Positions 18,025 to 27,673 of a stretch of 64,000 nt of DNA are shown here, in pieces; position 1 is the first letter of the stretch; every line of letters starts with the position of its first letter. The notes beneath the pieces are model-generated. The model ran no database searches. It had not been told where the DNA came from and was given only the letters and a program-made list of their open reading frames with translations. The DNA is taken from the NCBI GenBank assembly GCA_964592115.1, contig CAZQCP010000003.1:7171-71170 (forward strand). Reading direction: 5' to 3'. The translations under genes and the position numbers were made by a program. Source of the DNA: an uncultured Ilumatobacteraceae bacterium (lineage in GTDB: Bacteria; Actinomycetota; Acidimicrobiia; Acidimicrobiales; Ilumatobacteraceae).

Positions 18025-20304
18025 TCAGGCGGTGGAGATGGCGCGCCAGACGCGCTCGGCGGTGGCGGGCATGTCGAGGTGGCGCACCCCGAGGTGGCTG
18101 AGGGCGTCGACCACGGCGGACTGCACCGCCGGGGTCGAGCCGATCGTGCCGGATTCGCCGATGCCCTTGGCGCCGAGCGGGTTGACGAACGTCGGCGTCT
18201 CCATGTGCACGACCTCGAAGCTCGGCAGCTCGGCCGCCGAGATCATGCCGTAATCGGCGAGGTTCGACGTGACCGGGTTGCCGTCGTCGTCGTAGCGCAC
18301 CTCTTCGAGCAGTGCCTGTGCGGCGCCTTGGGCGATGCCGCCGTGGATCTGTCCGTCGAGCAGCAGCGGGTTGAGGACGCGGCCGGCGTCGTCGCACGCC
18401 ACGTGGCGCACGAGGCGCACCTCGCCGGTACCGGTATCGACCTCGACGATCGCGACGTGGGCGCCGAACGGGAACGTCGGCTGCTCGGCGGTGAAGCGCG
18501 AGGCGACGGTCATCTGGTCGCCCTGGCCTTTGGCGGCGACGGCGACATCGGCCCACGTCTTGGACAGCGCCGGTGTGCCGGCGACGTGGAAGGCACCGCT
18601 CGACGTGTCGAGCACGACGTCGGCCTCCGCGGCCTCGAGCAGCGACGCGGCGACCTTCTTGGCCCGCTCGACGAGCTCGATCGCCGCCTGGTTGACGGCC
18701 GCGCCGCCCTGTTGGAGCGAGCGCGATCCCATCGTGCCGCCGCCTTCGGGGACGAGGTCGGTGTCGCCCCACACGAGCGTGATCTTGTCGATCGGGATGC
18801 CGGTCTGGTCGCTGGCGATCATCGACCACGCCGTGTCGTGGCCCTGCCCGTGTGGGGAGGTGCCCGTGAACACGAGCGCGCTGCCGTCGTCTTCGACCTC
18901 GATCTTGGCGGCCTCGGTCGGTGGCCCACCGCCACCGGTGATCTCCACGTAGACGCTGACGCCGATGCCGAGCTGCACGTCGTCGCCCGCCTCGCGGCGC
19001 CGCGCCTGCTCGGCGCGCAGCCCGTCGTAACCGGCCGCGGCGAGCGCCTTGTCGAGCGCACTCTCGTAGTCGCCGACGTCGTACGTCTGCCCGATCGAGG
19101 TGGTGTGCTTGTCGAGGAATCTGGGGATCAGGTTGATCCGCCGCACCTCGGCGGGGTCCTTGCCGATCTCGGCGGCGAACAGGTCCATCGCCCGTTCGAT
19201 GGCCGCCGTCGCCTCGGGACGGCCGGCGCCGCGATAGGCGACGATCGGGGTGGTGTTGGTGACGATCGAGATCGCCCGGCACTCGATGTTGGCGATGTCG
19301 TACACACCCGATGTCATCGGGCGTGTCATGAACGCGGCGAGGACGGTGCCGACCTCGGCGAACGCGCCGGAGTCCTGCAGCGCCCGCAGCTGGTAGTGGG
19401 TGACCTTGCCGTCGCGTGTGCCGCCGATCGTGACGTACTGGAGCTGGGCGCGCCCGTGACCGAGCGCCATCATCGACTCGCTGCGGGTCTCGCGCCATGC
19501 GACCGGTCGACCGATCTCCTTGGCGAGCCGGCCGAGCAACAACTCCTCGGGGTACGCGCCGATCTTGGCGCCGAACCCGCCGCCGACGTCGGGCGTGAGG
19601 ATGCGCACCTGCGCGTCGTCGAGTCCGTTGGCGGCGACCACCGCGGGCTTGGCCCCTTGGGCGTGCTGGGTCGACAGCCACTGGTGGAGTCGTCCGTCGA
19701 TCCACGCCGCCGCCGCACCGCGCACCTCCATCGGGCACGGAGCGACGCGCTGGTTCATGAAGCGGCCCTCGACGACGACCTCGCAGTCGGCGAAGAAGTC
19801 CTCGGTGATGTCGGGCATGCCGAGCATCGCCGAGTCGAACACGGCGTTGGAGCCGGCGCCTTCGTAGAGGAGGGTCTCGGACGTCAGCGCCTCTTCGACA
19901 TCGACGATCGTGGGCAGGAAGTCGACGTCGACGAACACGGTCTCGGCGGCGTCGACGGCCTGCGAGGGCGTCTCGGCGACGATCGCCACGACCGGCTCGC
20001 CGACGTAGCGCACCTTGTCCGACGCGAGCAGCGTGCGGGCGACCATCGGGTTGAAGCTCGACGGCGAGGGTTCGAGCGCGAGATCTTCGGCCGTGAAGAC
20101 GCCGAGCACGCCGGGCATGTCGCGTGCGGCCTCGGTGTCGATCGACAAGATCGTGCCGTGAGCGACGTTGCTGCGGGCGTAGACGACGTGGGCCGCGCCG
20201 GTGAGACGCTCGTCGGTCAGATCGTCGACGTAGACGCCGCCGGTGGTGAGGAACTTCGGGTCTTCCTTGCGCTGGACGCGCTCTCCGAGAATGCTGCCGG
20301 CCAC
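18025..20304 (-). CDS. Second xanthine dehydrogenase/CODH family molybdopterin-binding subunit, with no adjacent S/M subunits
   Basis: Full-length paralog of the 13716-16130 gene and also AYRGAGR type. GTG start at 20304, 5 nt after GAAGGGA. Confidence 0.8.
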   Translation of the reverse strand: MAGSILGERVQRKEDPKFLTTGGVYVDDLTDERLTGAAHVVYARSNVAHGTILSIDTEAARDMPGVLGVFTAEDLALEPSPSSFNPMVARTLLASDKVRYVGEPVVAIVAETPSQAVDAAETVFVDVDFLPTIVDVEEALTSETLLYEGAGSNAVFDSAMLGMPDITEDFFADCEVVVEGRFMNQRVAPCPMEVRGAAAAWIDGRLHQWLSTQHAQGAKPAVVAANGLDDAQVRILTPDVGGGFGAKIGAYPEELLLGRLAKEIGRPVAWRETRSESMMALGHGRAQLQYVTIGGTRDGKVTHYQLRALQDSGAFAEVGTVLAAFMTRPMTSGVYDIANIECRAISIVTNTTPIVAYRGAGRPEATAAIERAMDLFAAEIGKDPAEVRRINLIPRFLDKHTTSIGQTYDVGDYESALDKALAAAGYDGLRAEQARRREAGDDVQLGIGVSVYVEITGGGGPPTEAAKIEVEDDGSALVFTGTSPHGQGHDTAWSMIASDQTGIPIDKITLVWGDTDLVPEGGGTMGSRSLQQGGAAVNQAAIELVERAKKVAASLLEAAEADVVLDTSSGAFHVAGTPALSKTWADVAVAAKGQGDQMTVASRFTAEQPTFPFGAHVAIVEVDTGTGEVRLVRHVACDDAGRVLNPLLLDGQIHGGIAQGAAQALLEEVRYDDDGNPVTSNLADYGMISAAELPSFEVVHMETPTFVNPLGAKGIGESGTIGSTPAVQSAVVDALSHLGVRHLDMPATAERVWRAISTA

Positions 20305-20343
20305 GGGAGTCCCTTCACGTAGAGATTGGTGCTGTCGAGATGA

Positions 20344-20368
20344 TGCGGGTGATCGGTGCGGGTGATCG
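20344..20368. repeat. Tandem TGCGGGTGATCG x2 (13-nt period) upstream of the orphan Mo-subunit gene
   Basis: Copies at 20344-20355 and 20357-20368, 40 nt upstream of the GTG at 20304. Confidence 0.8.
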
Positions 20369-20386
20369 TTGCAATGGCTGCCGAAC

Positions 20387-20881
20387 CTAGTCGGTGGCCG
20401 CAGGCGCGGGCCCAGCCGTGCGGGCCTGGAAGATCCCGGTGACGACGTTGTACGGCCATCCGTCGGGGAGATCTGCCGGCAGCGGGGGCAGCGGCAAGAT
20501 CGTGGTGCGTTGGTCACCTTGCTCGACGAACCCGATCTCCTCGCGGGCCGCTTCGCGCACACCGTCGTCGGTCTCGAGCCGCTCGACCTCGGCGGCGAGC
20601 TGACCGTTGACGCGCTGGAGCTCGTCGAGTTCGGCTTGGCGTTGGGCGATGGCGTCGTCCTGGTCCATCCAGGTGCCGATCGGGAGGATGATCACCGCGG
20701 CGGCGATCGCGGCGATCACGAAGAGCACGCCGATGCCGGCGATCAACGCCGCCCGCGAGCGGAGCAGGCGCTTCTCCTTGGGGATCGGGCTCGTGTAGTC
20801 GCCGAGGCGTGAGCGCCCTTCGTCCGACGCCTTGGGCGCGGACGCCGGCCGCGGGATCGACGTCGTCTTCGAGCGACTCAC
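20387..20881 (-). CDS. ftsB: Septum formation initiator family protein (FtsB/DivIC-like)
   Basis: Single TM helix followed by a coiled coil (AQRQAELDELQRVNGQLAAEVERLE) and the REEIGFV motif. Confidence 0.7.
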   Translation of the reverse strand: MSRSKTTSIPRPASAPKASDEGRSRLGDYTSPIPKEKRLLRSRAALIAGIGVLFVIAAIAAAVIILPIGTWMDQDDAIAQRQAELDELQRVNGQLAAEVERLETDDGVREAAREEIGFVEQGDQRTTILPLPPLPADLPDGWPYNVVTGIFQARTAGPAPAATD

Positions 20882-20944
20882 GGCGGCCAGTGTCGCACTC
20901 CGCCGCCCGAGTTCCGTGGCACCCCGGAAGCAATCTGATCAGTC

Positions 20945-20957
20945 CTGGTATGACCGG
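20945..20957. promoter_or_regulatory. Candidate GntR/FadR-type operator CTGGTATGACCGG upstream of the SDR-lactonase genes
   Basis: Fits the GntR-family TGGT-N3-ACC(A/G) pattern, and the same 13-mer frame recurs at 22733-22745. It is 50 nt upstream of the 21007 start. Confidence 0.35.
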
Positions 20958-21006
20958 CAAGACCGTGTTACGTTCTCGCCAGTCGACGGGTGAGGGTTGG
21001 TGAGAG

Positions 21007-21759
21007 TTGGAGGGATCGGGACATGATGCGACCGTCGCCGTGGTGACGGGCGGTGCGGTTGGCATCGGGCGAGCGATCGTCCGGCGCCTCGCGGCCGACG
21101 GGATCACGGTCGTGGTCGGACACCACCGCGTTGCACCTGACATCGTCGACGAGGTGCACGCCGGTGGCGGCACGGCCATGGCGGTCGCGGTGGACGTCAC
21201 CGACTCCGCGAGCGTCGAGAACGCGTTCTCGACCGCGATCGACGAGTTCGATCGCGTCGACATCGTGGTCAACAACGCGGGCGGCTTGCTCGCCCGGGTC
21301 CCGATCGATTCGATGGCCGACGACCATTGGGACGCGGTCGTGGCGCTCAATCTCACGAGCGTGTTCACGTGCACGCGCGCCGCGCTTGCCTACCTCCCGG
21401 CAGGCGGCCGCGTCGTGAACATCGTCTCGCTCGCTGCGCAAGACGGCGGTGGCGCGGGCGCGACGGCGTACGCCGCGGCGAAGGCCGGCGTGATCGGATA
21501 CACCCGCGCCTGCGCCAAGGAGCTCGGTCCGCGCGGGATCACCGTCAACGCGATCGCGCCGGGATTCATCGACCACACTCCGTTCCACGCGACGTTCTCG
21601 ACCGACGACGCCCGCCGAGCTGCAGTCCAACGCACCGCCGTCGGCAGGGCGGGGACGCCAGGCGACGTCGCTGACGTGGTGTCGTGGCTCGTCACGCCGG
21701 GAAGCGGTTTCGTCACGGGCGCGGTGATCGATCTCAACGGAGGTGCACACTTCTCATGA
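21007..21759 (+). CDS. SDR family oxidoreductase (FabG-like; candidate sugar 1-dehydrogenase)
   Basis: VVTGGAVGIGRA, NNAG, YAAAKAG catalytic motif. TTG start taken from the track; its stop overlaps the next ATG. Confidence 0.75.
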   Translation: MEGSGHDATVAVVTGGAVGIGRAIVRRLAADGITVVVGHHRVAPDIVDEVHAGGGTAMAVAVDVTDSASVENAFSTAIDEFDRVDIVVNNAGGLLARVPIDSMADDHWDAVVALNLTSVFTCTRAALAYLPAGGRVVNIVSLAAQDGGGAGATAYAAAKAGVIGYTRACAKELGPRGITVNAIAPGFIDHTPFHATFSTDDARRAAVQRTAVGRAGTPGDVADVVSWLVTPGSGFVTGAVIDLNGGAHFS

Positions 21760-22667
21760 CAACCGATCCTGCGACAGCCGCTCGCGGCGACGATCCGGCC
21801 GGCGGGTACGAGGTGGTGGCCGCGCTCGGTGCGCAGCTCGGCGAGGGCCCGGTGTGGGACGTACGCACGGGTCGCCTCGTGTGGATCGACATCCTCGGCC
21901 GCGCGGTGCACGAGACCGACCCGGAGACGGGACGTACCTCGACGATCGAGGTGCCACTCGACGTCGGCGCGGTGGTGCCTCGCGCCGCGGGCGGCTTCCT
22001 CGCCGCGCTCGAGGACGGCTTCTACGTCGTCGGCGACGGACCCGTGCGGCGGGTCGCCCTCGTCGATCACGCCGTTTCCGGCGAGTTCCGCTTCAACGAC
22101 GGAAAGTGCGATCCGGGTGGCCGCTTCTGGGCGGGCACGATCGCGTACGACGAGTCGCCAGGTCGCTCGGCGCTGTACCTCCTCGACGGTGGCGGCGGCG
22201 TCACGACGAAGCTCAGCGGCGTGGCGATCTCCAACGGGCTCGCCTGGAGTGCCGACGCGGCCACGATGTTCTACATCGACACGCCGACACGGCGCATCGA
22301 CGCGTTCACCTTCGACGTCGCGACAGGTTCGATCGCCGACCGCCGCACGGTGGTGACGATCGAGGACGGGCTCGGGTGGCCCGACGGCATGACGATCGAT
22401 GCCGACGGTGGCCTCTGGGTGGCGCTGTGGGGTGGCGGAGCGGTGCACCGCTATGTCGACGGCACGCTCGACGCGGTGATCGAGTTGCCGGTGAGCCAGC
22501 CGACGAGCTGCGCGTTCGGCGGCCCCGACTTCGATGAGCTGTACGTCACGTCGGCGTGGAAGGGCTTCGACGGCGCGCGGCGGGCAGCCGAGCCGCTGGC
22601 GGGCGCGCTGTTCCGCACGCGTCCCGGGGTGCGCGGCCTGGCGCCGCACGTCGCCGCGGCGCCGTGA
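21756..22667 (+). CDS. SMP-30/gluconolactonase/LRE family lactonase
   Basis: GEGPVWD, NDGKCDPGGRFWAGT, SNGLAWS, PDGMTIDADGGLWVA repeats of the six-bladed propeller family. Confidence 0.85.
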   Translation: MTTDPATAARGDDPAGGYEVVAALGAQLGEGPVWDVRTGRLVWIDILGRAVHETDPETGRTSTIEVPLDVGAVVPRAAGGFLAALEDGFYVVGDGPVRRVALVDHAVSGEFRFNDGKCDPGGRFWAGTIAYDESPGRSALYLLDGGGGVTTKLSGVAISNGLAWSADAATMFYIDTPTRRIDAFTFDVATGSIADRRTVVTIEDGLGWPDGMTIDADGGLWVALWGGGAVHRYVDGTLDAVIELPVSQPTSCAFGGPDFDELYVTSAWKGFDGARRAAEPLAGALFRTRPGVRGLAPHVAAAP

Positions 22668-22698
22668 CATCGCCGCGCCGTGACATCGACATCGGCAC

Positions 22699-22727
22699 TT
22701 GACGGGCGAGCGCCATCCTGTCATTGT
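22699..22727 (+). promoter_or_regulatory. Candidate sigma-70-like promoter of the ABC transporter genes
   Basis: TTGACG (22699-22704), 17-nt spacer, CATTGT (22722-22727). Confidence 0.3.
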
Positions 22728-22731
22728 GGCA

Positions 22732-22755
22732 ACTGGTCAAACCGGACAGACCAGT
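22732..22755. promoter_or_regulatory. Candidate GntR/FadR-type operator: CTGGTCAAACCGG inside the inverted repeat ACTGGTC-N10-GACCAGT
   Basis: Lies immediately downstream of the candidate -10 and 28 nt upstream of the xylF-like ATG. Confidence 0.4.
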
Positions 22756-22782
22756 GTGACCAGCGACCTGAGGGGGAGCGAC

Positions 22783-23940
22783 ATGTTGATTCGCAAGACG
22801 GCTGCGCTCGGCGCGGTGACCGTGGCGGTGAGCGTGATGGCGCTCGCCGCGTGCGGCAGCGACGACGACGGTGATGCGGGTGCATCGCCCGATACCGAGA
22901 CGCCACCGACAGAAGTTGACGAGACCGATGACGGTGATGCCGGCGGTGGGGAGACCGGCGCGGCCGACGGCGGATGCACCGTCGGCGTGTCGTGGTTCAC
23001 GTTCCAAGAGGAGCGGTACGGACTGCGCGACGAACCGGGCATCAAGGCAGCGATCGAAGCCGGCGGTGGCGAGTACATCGGCAACGACGGCAAGAACTCC
23101 GCGGAGACGCAAGCGACCAACGTCGAGAACCTGATCGCCCAGAACGTCGACGTGCTCGTCATCAATCCGTTCGACAGCGAGGCGATCAAGCCATCGGTCG
23201 ACGCCGCGCTCGCGGCCGGGATCCCGGTGATCGCGTACGATCGGCTGATCGAGAACCCGGCGACGTTGTACCTCACCCACGACAGCACCGAGGTCGGCCG
23301 CATGATTGCCCGCCAGATCACCAGCGAGGTGCCCGAGGGCAACTACGCGATCATCAAGGGTGACCGGGCCAACCCCAACGTCGTGTTCCTGAGCAACGGG
23401 ATGGAGGAGATCATCGAGCCGCTCGTAGCCGACGGCAGCATCACCGTGGTCGGTGAGGAGTTCACCGAGAACTGGGCGCCCGAAGTGGCCCAGACCAACA
23501 TGGAGCAGATCCTGACGGCCAACGACAACGCGGTCGATGCGGTGCTCTCGCACAACGACGGCATGGCCGGTGGTGTCGTGGCTGCGCTGGCACTCCAGGG
23601 TCTCGACGGCCAGGTGCCGGTCGGCGGCCAGGACGGCGATCTCGCAGCACTCAACCGGGTCGCACTCGGCACGCAGAGTGTGAGCGTCTGGAAGGACTCG
23701 ACCGAGCTGGGTACCGCCGCGGGCGAAGCGGCGATCGCGCTCTGCGAGAACCCCGATCCGTCGACCGTGCCGGGCTCCGAGCCCTACGAGACCCCGTCGG
23801 GCGAGACGGTGTCGGCGATCCTGCTGGCACCGATCCCGATCACGCAGGACAACCTCGACGTGGTGCTCGACGCCGCCTGGATCGACCAGGCCACCCTCTG
23901 TCAGGACGTCGAGCCGGGCTCGGTCGACGCCTGCCCCTGA
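22783..23940 (+). CDS. Sugar ABC transporter substrate-binding lipoprotein (XylF/CUT2-like)
   Basis: Signal peptide with lipobox LAAC and a periplasmic-binding-protein type I fold sequence. GAGGGGGAG Shine-Dalgarno sequence lies before the ATG at 22783. Confidence 0.8.
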   Translation: MLIRKTAALGAVTVAVSVMALAACGSDDDGDAGASPDTETPPTEVDETDDGDAGGGETGAADGGCTVGVSWFTFQEERYGLRDEPGIKAAIEAGGGEYIGNDGKNSAETQATNVENLIAQNVDVLVINPFDSEAIKPSVDAALAAGIPVIAYDRLIENPATLYLTHDSTEVGRMIARQITSEVPEGNYAIIKGDRANPNVVFLSNGMEEIIEPLVADGSITVVGEEFTENWAPEVAQTNMEQILTANDNAVDAVLSHNDGMAGGVVAALALQGLDGQVPVGGQDGDLAALNRVALGTQSVSVWKDSTELGTAAGEAAIALCENPDPSTVPGSEPYETPSGETVSAILLAPIPITQDNLDVVLDAAWIDQATLCQDVEPGSVDACP

Positions 23941-24068
23941 ACTGCCGTGGAGCCGTCGAGCGAACCCGAATACTCGCCTGACGGCTCGGCAGCGGTACTG
24001 CACGTGGTGTGCGACGTCCGCCTCATGAAGGCCGGCGTCGCACCACCGTGTCCCGCCCGCATCCGACG

Positions 24069-25433
24069 ATGGAACCCTCGATGACCGAACTCGCGTCGCA
24101 ACACGAGATGTCGGAGCCCCCTGTCGTCGACGCCGAGCCCGGCCTGCGCACCCGGACCGAACGGCGATCGCCGTTCGGCTCGACCGTCTCCGCGTTGGAG
24201 ATCGACACCCGCTTGTTCGGGATGCTCGCCGCCGTCGCCGTGCTGTGGGTCGGCTTCCACGTGTTCTCCGACGGTCTCTTCCTCACACCGCGCAACCTGT
24301 GGAACCTGTCGGTGCAGTCGGCCGCCGTGGCCGTGCTGGCGACCGGCATGGTGCTGGTGATCGTCGCGCGGCACATCGATCTGTCGGTCGGTTCGATGGT
24401 CGTGTTCGTCGCGATGTTCATGGGGCTCCTGCAAGCCGAGTGGCTGCCCAACACGTTCGGCTGGGGTCTCGGGCGCCCATACACCTGGATCGTCGTGCTG
24501 GCCGCGGGCGTCGTGCTCGGCGCCGCGGTCGGCGCGGTGCACGGCGCGGTCGTCGCCTACGTCGGGGTGCCGTCGTTCATCGTCACGCTCGGAGGTCTGT
24601 TGATCTGGCGGGCGCTCGCCTTCCAGCTCGCCGACGGGCGCACGATCGCGCCGCTCGACTCGCGGTTCCAGCTCGTCGGGGGCGGACCGAACGGGTCGCT
24701 CGGCGAGGTGCGGAGCTGGCTCGTCGCGCTCCTGGCGTGTGTGGCGATCGTGGCGGGGCTTGTCGCTGGTCGACTGCGCCGGCGGCGGTACGGGTTCCCG
24801 CTGCGGGCGGCGTGGGCCGACCTGCTGCTCGGTGTGCTCGGCTGCGGTGCCGTGATCGGCGCGGTGTGGATCGCCAACAGCTACATGTGGCCGCCCGCGC
24901 TCGCCTCGCAGCACGCCGCCGCCCACGGCATCGAGGAGCCCCCGGGTGGTCTGCGGATCCCCACGGGCATCGCCAACCCGGTCCTGATCGCGGTCGGCGT
25001 GGCGATCGTGATGACCTACCTCGCCCGTCGCCGCCGGTTCGGTCGGTACGTGTACTCGATCGGCGGAAACCCCGAAGCGGCCGAGTTGGCGGGCATCAAC
25101 ACGCGCTGGACGGTGATGAAGACGTTCATCGTGATGGGGATCTTGTCGGCGGTCGCCGCGGCGCTGATCTCCGCACGCCTCAATGCCGCCACGATCGGGC
25201 TCGGCACGGGGATCGAGCTCCAGGTGATCGCCGCCGCGGTGATCGGCGGCACGTCGTTGGCCGGTGGTGTCGGCACGATCTCGGGGGCCGTCCTCGGTGC
25301 GGTGTTGATGCAGTCGTTGCAGTCGGGGATGGTGCTGATGAAGGTCGGCACGGCGACGCAGGACATCGTCATCGGGGTGGTGCTGGTGGGTGCCGTCGCG
25401 TTCGACACGATCCTCGCTCGGCGCAGGCGGTAG
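24069..25433 (+). CDS. Sugar ABC transporter permease (XylH/CUT2-like)
   Basis: Polytopic protein with the conserved [22 protein letters not shown] loop. Start could be ATG 24069 or 24081. Confidence 0.8.
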   Translation: MEPSMTELASQHEMSEPPVVDAEPGLRTRTERRSPFGSTVSALEIDTRLFGMLAAVAVLWVGFHVFSDGLFLTPRNLWNLSVQSAAVAVLATGMVLVIVARHIDLSVGSMVVFVAMFMGLLQAEWLPNTFGWGLGRPYTWIVVLAAGVVLGAAVGAVHGAVVAYVGVPSFIVTLGGLLIWRALAFQLADGRTIAPLDSRFQLVGGGPNGSLGEVRSWLVALLACVAIVAGLVAGRLRRRRYGFPLRAAWADLLLGVLGCGAVIGAVWIANSYMWPPALASQHAAAHGIEEPPGGLRIPTGIANPVLIAVGVAIVMTYLARRRRFGRYVYSIGGNPEAAELAGINTRWTVMKTFIVMGILSAVAAALISARLNAATIGLGTGIELQVIAAAVIGGTSLAGGVGTISGAVLGAVLMQSLQSGMVLMKVGTATQDIVIGVVLVGAVAFDTILARRRR

Positions 25434-25438
25434 GTGCG

Positions 25439-26749
25439 ATGCCGGTCCCGTTGGTAGAGATGCGTGGCATCGAGGTGGCCTTCGGCGGCGTACGCGCCGT
25501 CGACGGCGTGACCATCGACCTCCACGCCGGTGAGGTCGTGGCGCTGGTCGGCGGCAACGGTGCCGGCAAGTCGACGCTGATCCGAGCCTTGTCGGGTGCT
25601 CACCCGCCGGACGCGGGCGAGATCCTCGTCGACGGCGAGCGGGTGGCGATCTCCAATCCGCGCGAGGCGAAGGCGCTGGGGATCGAGGCGATCTACCAGA
25701 CGCTGGCGCTCGCCGACAACGCCGACGCGGCGTCCAACCTCTTCCTCGGGCGTGAGCTGTTGACGCGTACCGGCGCGCTCGATGACGCGGCGATGGAGGC
25801 GGCTGCGCGGCGCGTGATCGGGCGCCTCAACCCGAACTTCACGAACTTCAAGGCGCCCGTGCAGTCGCTGTCGGGCGGCCAGCGCCAGTCGGTCGCGATC
25901 GCCCGCGCGGTGCACTTCAACGCCAGGATCCTGATCATGGACGAGCCGACCGCGGCGCTCGGTCCGGCCGAGACCGAGCAGGTGCGCGACCTGGTGGTGC
26001 AGCTCAAGGAGGAGGGCATCGGGATCTTCCTCATCAGCCACGACGTCCACGATGTGTTCGACCTCGCCGACCGGATCAGCGTGATGCACCAGGGACGCCT
26101 GGTCGGCACCGTGTCGAGCGGCGAGGTCAGCAAGGACGATGTGCTGGCGATGATCATCATGGGCACGCCGCCGCCGTCGGGGCGCGACAGCACGAGCAAC
26201 GGTGGCGCGGCGGCGCGGCCGATGTCCCGCCTGCGGCGGCCTGTCGTGATCGTCGGCATGATGGCCGCCGGGAAGACGACGCTCGGACGTGCGGTCGCCG
26301 ACGCCCTCGGCGTGGGCTACCACGACTCCGACGAGGCGATCGAGAGCACGGTCGGGGGCAACGGTCGGGCGCTCGCCGAGGGTCGTGGCGTCGACTGGCT
26401 CCACGCGCTCGAGGCGGACGTGTTGGCGCGCCAGCTCGACGAGCGCGAGCCAGGAGTGATCTCGGCGGCCGCCTCCGTGGTCGACGACGAGGCGTCGCGG
26501 CGCCTCCTCGCCGAGCGGGCGACGGTCTGCTGGGTCGACGTGCCGATCCCGGTCCTGGAGGAGCGCATCAATCACGACGATCACCGGCGCCCGATGGCGC
26601 GCGACGAGTTGCACCGTCGCTACGAGAGTCGTGTGCCGCTCCTCGACGCGATGGCCGACGTGCGGATCGACGGCCTGGCACCACTCGACGAGCAGGTCCG
26701 TTCCGTGATCGCAGCCCTCGCCGAGGACGGCCATCGTGGCGCGCGGTGA
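25439..26749 (+). CDS. ABC transporter ATP-binding protein (single NBD) fused to a C-terminal shikimate-kinase-like P-loop kinase domain
   Basis: NBD motifs: [27 protein letters not shown]. After a Pro/Ser linker comes a second Walker [14 protein letters not shown], followed by DSDEAIE as in AroK. The frame is continuous with no stop. Confidence 0.8.
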   Translation: MPVPLVEMRGIEVAFGGVRAVDGVTIDLHAGEVVALVGGNGAGKSTLIRALSGAHPPDAGEILVDGERVAISNPREAKALGIEAIYQTLALADNADAASNLFLGRELLTRTGALDDAAMEAAARRVIGRLNPNFTNFKAPVQSLSGGQRQSVAIARAVHFNARILIMDEPTAALGPAETEQVRDLVVQLKEEGIGIFLISHDVHDVFDLADRISVMHQGRLVGTVSSGEVSKDDVLAMIIMGTPPPSGRDSTSNGGAAARPMSRLRRPVVIVGMMAAGKTTLGRAVADALGVGYHDSDEAIESTVGGNGRALAEGRGVDWLHALEADVLARQLDEREPGVISAAASVVDDEASRRLLAERATVCWVDVPIPVLEERINHDDHRRPMARDELHRRYESRVPLLDAMADVRIDGLAPLDEQVRSVIAALAEDGHRGAR

Positions 26750-26908
26750 CGGCGTCGCGGCGGCGGTGCTGGAGACTCACGTGGGTGGCGGGTCGGCGGG
26801 TACATTCGTCCGCGTGCAGCCACGAACGAGCGATGTCGAGTCACATCGTCGGGTGCAACGCCGGTGTGCGTGCTGGTGTACCTGGTGGAGTGCGTGGTGG
26901 TGGGCGTG

Positions 26909-27673
26909 ATGGCGATGCGGCGCAGCGTGCAAGACGTCATCGACGCGATCGAGGCGCAGATCCTCTCGGGCCGGCTTCCCGTCGGCGCCGCGTTGCCCGG
27001 TGAGCGCTCACTGGCGTCGCAGTACGACGTCGGCCGTCCGCTCGTGCGCGAGGCGTTGCAGAACCTCACGGCGCGGGGGCTGATCGAGGTGTCGCCGGGG
27101 CGCGGGGCATTCGTGCGCAGCGTCACCGGTTTCGGCCGCGTCGACTCGGTCGACCTGTCGCGCAACGCCACGGCGCGCCAGGTGGTCGAGGCACGCGTGA
27201 CGTTGGAGGGCCAGGCCGCACGGCTCGCGGCGATGCGCGCCAACGACAGCCAGATCGAACTGATGGGTGCCGCGCTGGAGCGCCTCGCTTCGTCGACGAA
27301 CCATGTCGAGCGGGGTCAGCTCGACGTCGCCTTTCACCTCACGATCGCTCGGGCGAGCGGCAACCCGGTGATCGAAGCGATGCTCGGCTCGATCGCCCCG
27401 TTGATGGTGCAGCTGATGATGCGGTCGATCTTCGACGGACGCACGGCCGAGCGCAGTCACCCCCTGCACGTCGAGTGTTACGAGGCGATCCGTGCTCGCG
27501 ATCCCGACGCCGCCGAGCGGGCGATGATCGCCCACCTGCGCGTTGCCGACGACACGTACGGCGCAGGCTACGACGAGCCGCTGGACATGGACACCGCCGT
27601 GTTCGCCAAGTCGCTGATCAGCGACTACGGCTCGCTCGACGCCCTCGTCAGCGCCGTCTTGCGCCCCGACTGA
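26909..27673 (+). CDS. GntR family transcriptional regulator, FadR subfamily (FCD domain)
   Basis: N-terminal wHTH (LPGERSLASQYDVGRPLVREALQNLTARGLI) and a helical FCD-type C-terminal domain. Confidence 0.85.
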   Translation: MAMRRSVQDVIDAIEAQILSGRLPVGAALPGERSLASQYDVGRPLVREALQNLTARGLIEVSPGRGAFVRSVTGFGRVDSVDLSRNATARQVVEARVTLEGQAARLAAMRANDSQIELMGAALERLASSTNHVERGQLDVAFHLTIARASGNPVIEAMLGSIAPLMVQLMMRSIFDGRTAERSHPLHVECYEAIRARDPDAAERAMIAHLRVADDTYGAGYDEPLDMDTAVFAKSLISDYGSLDALVSAVLRPD

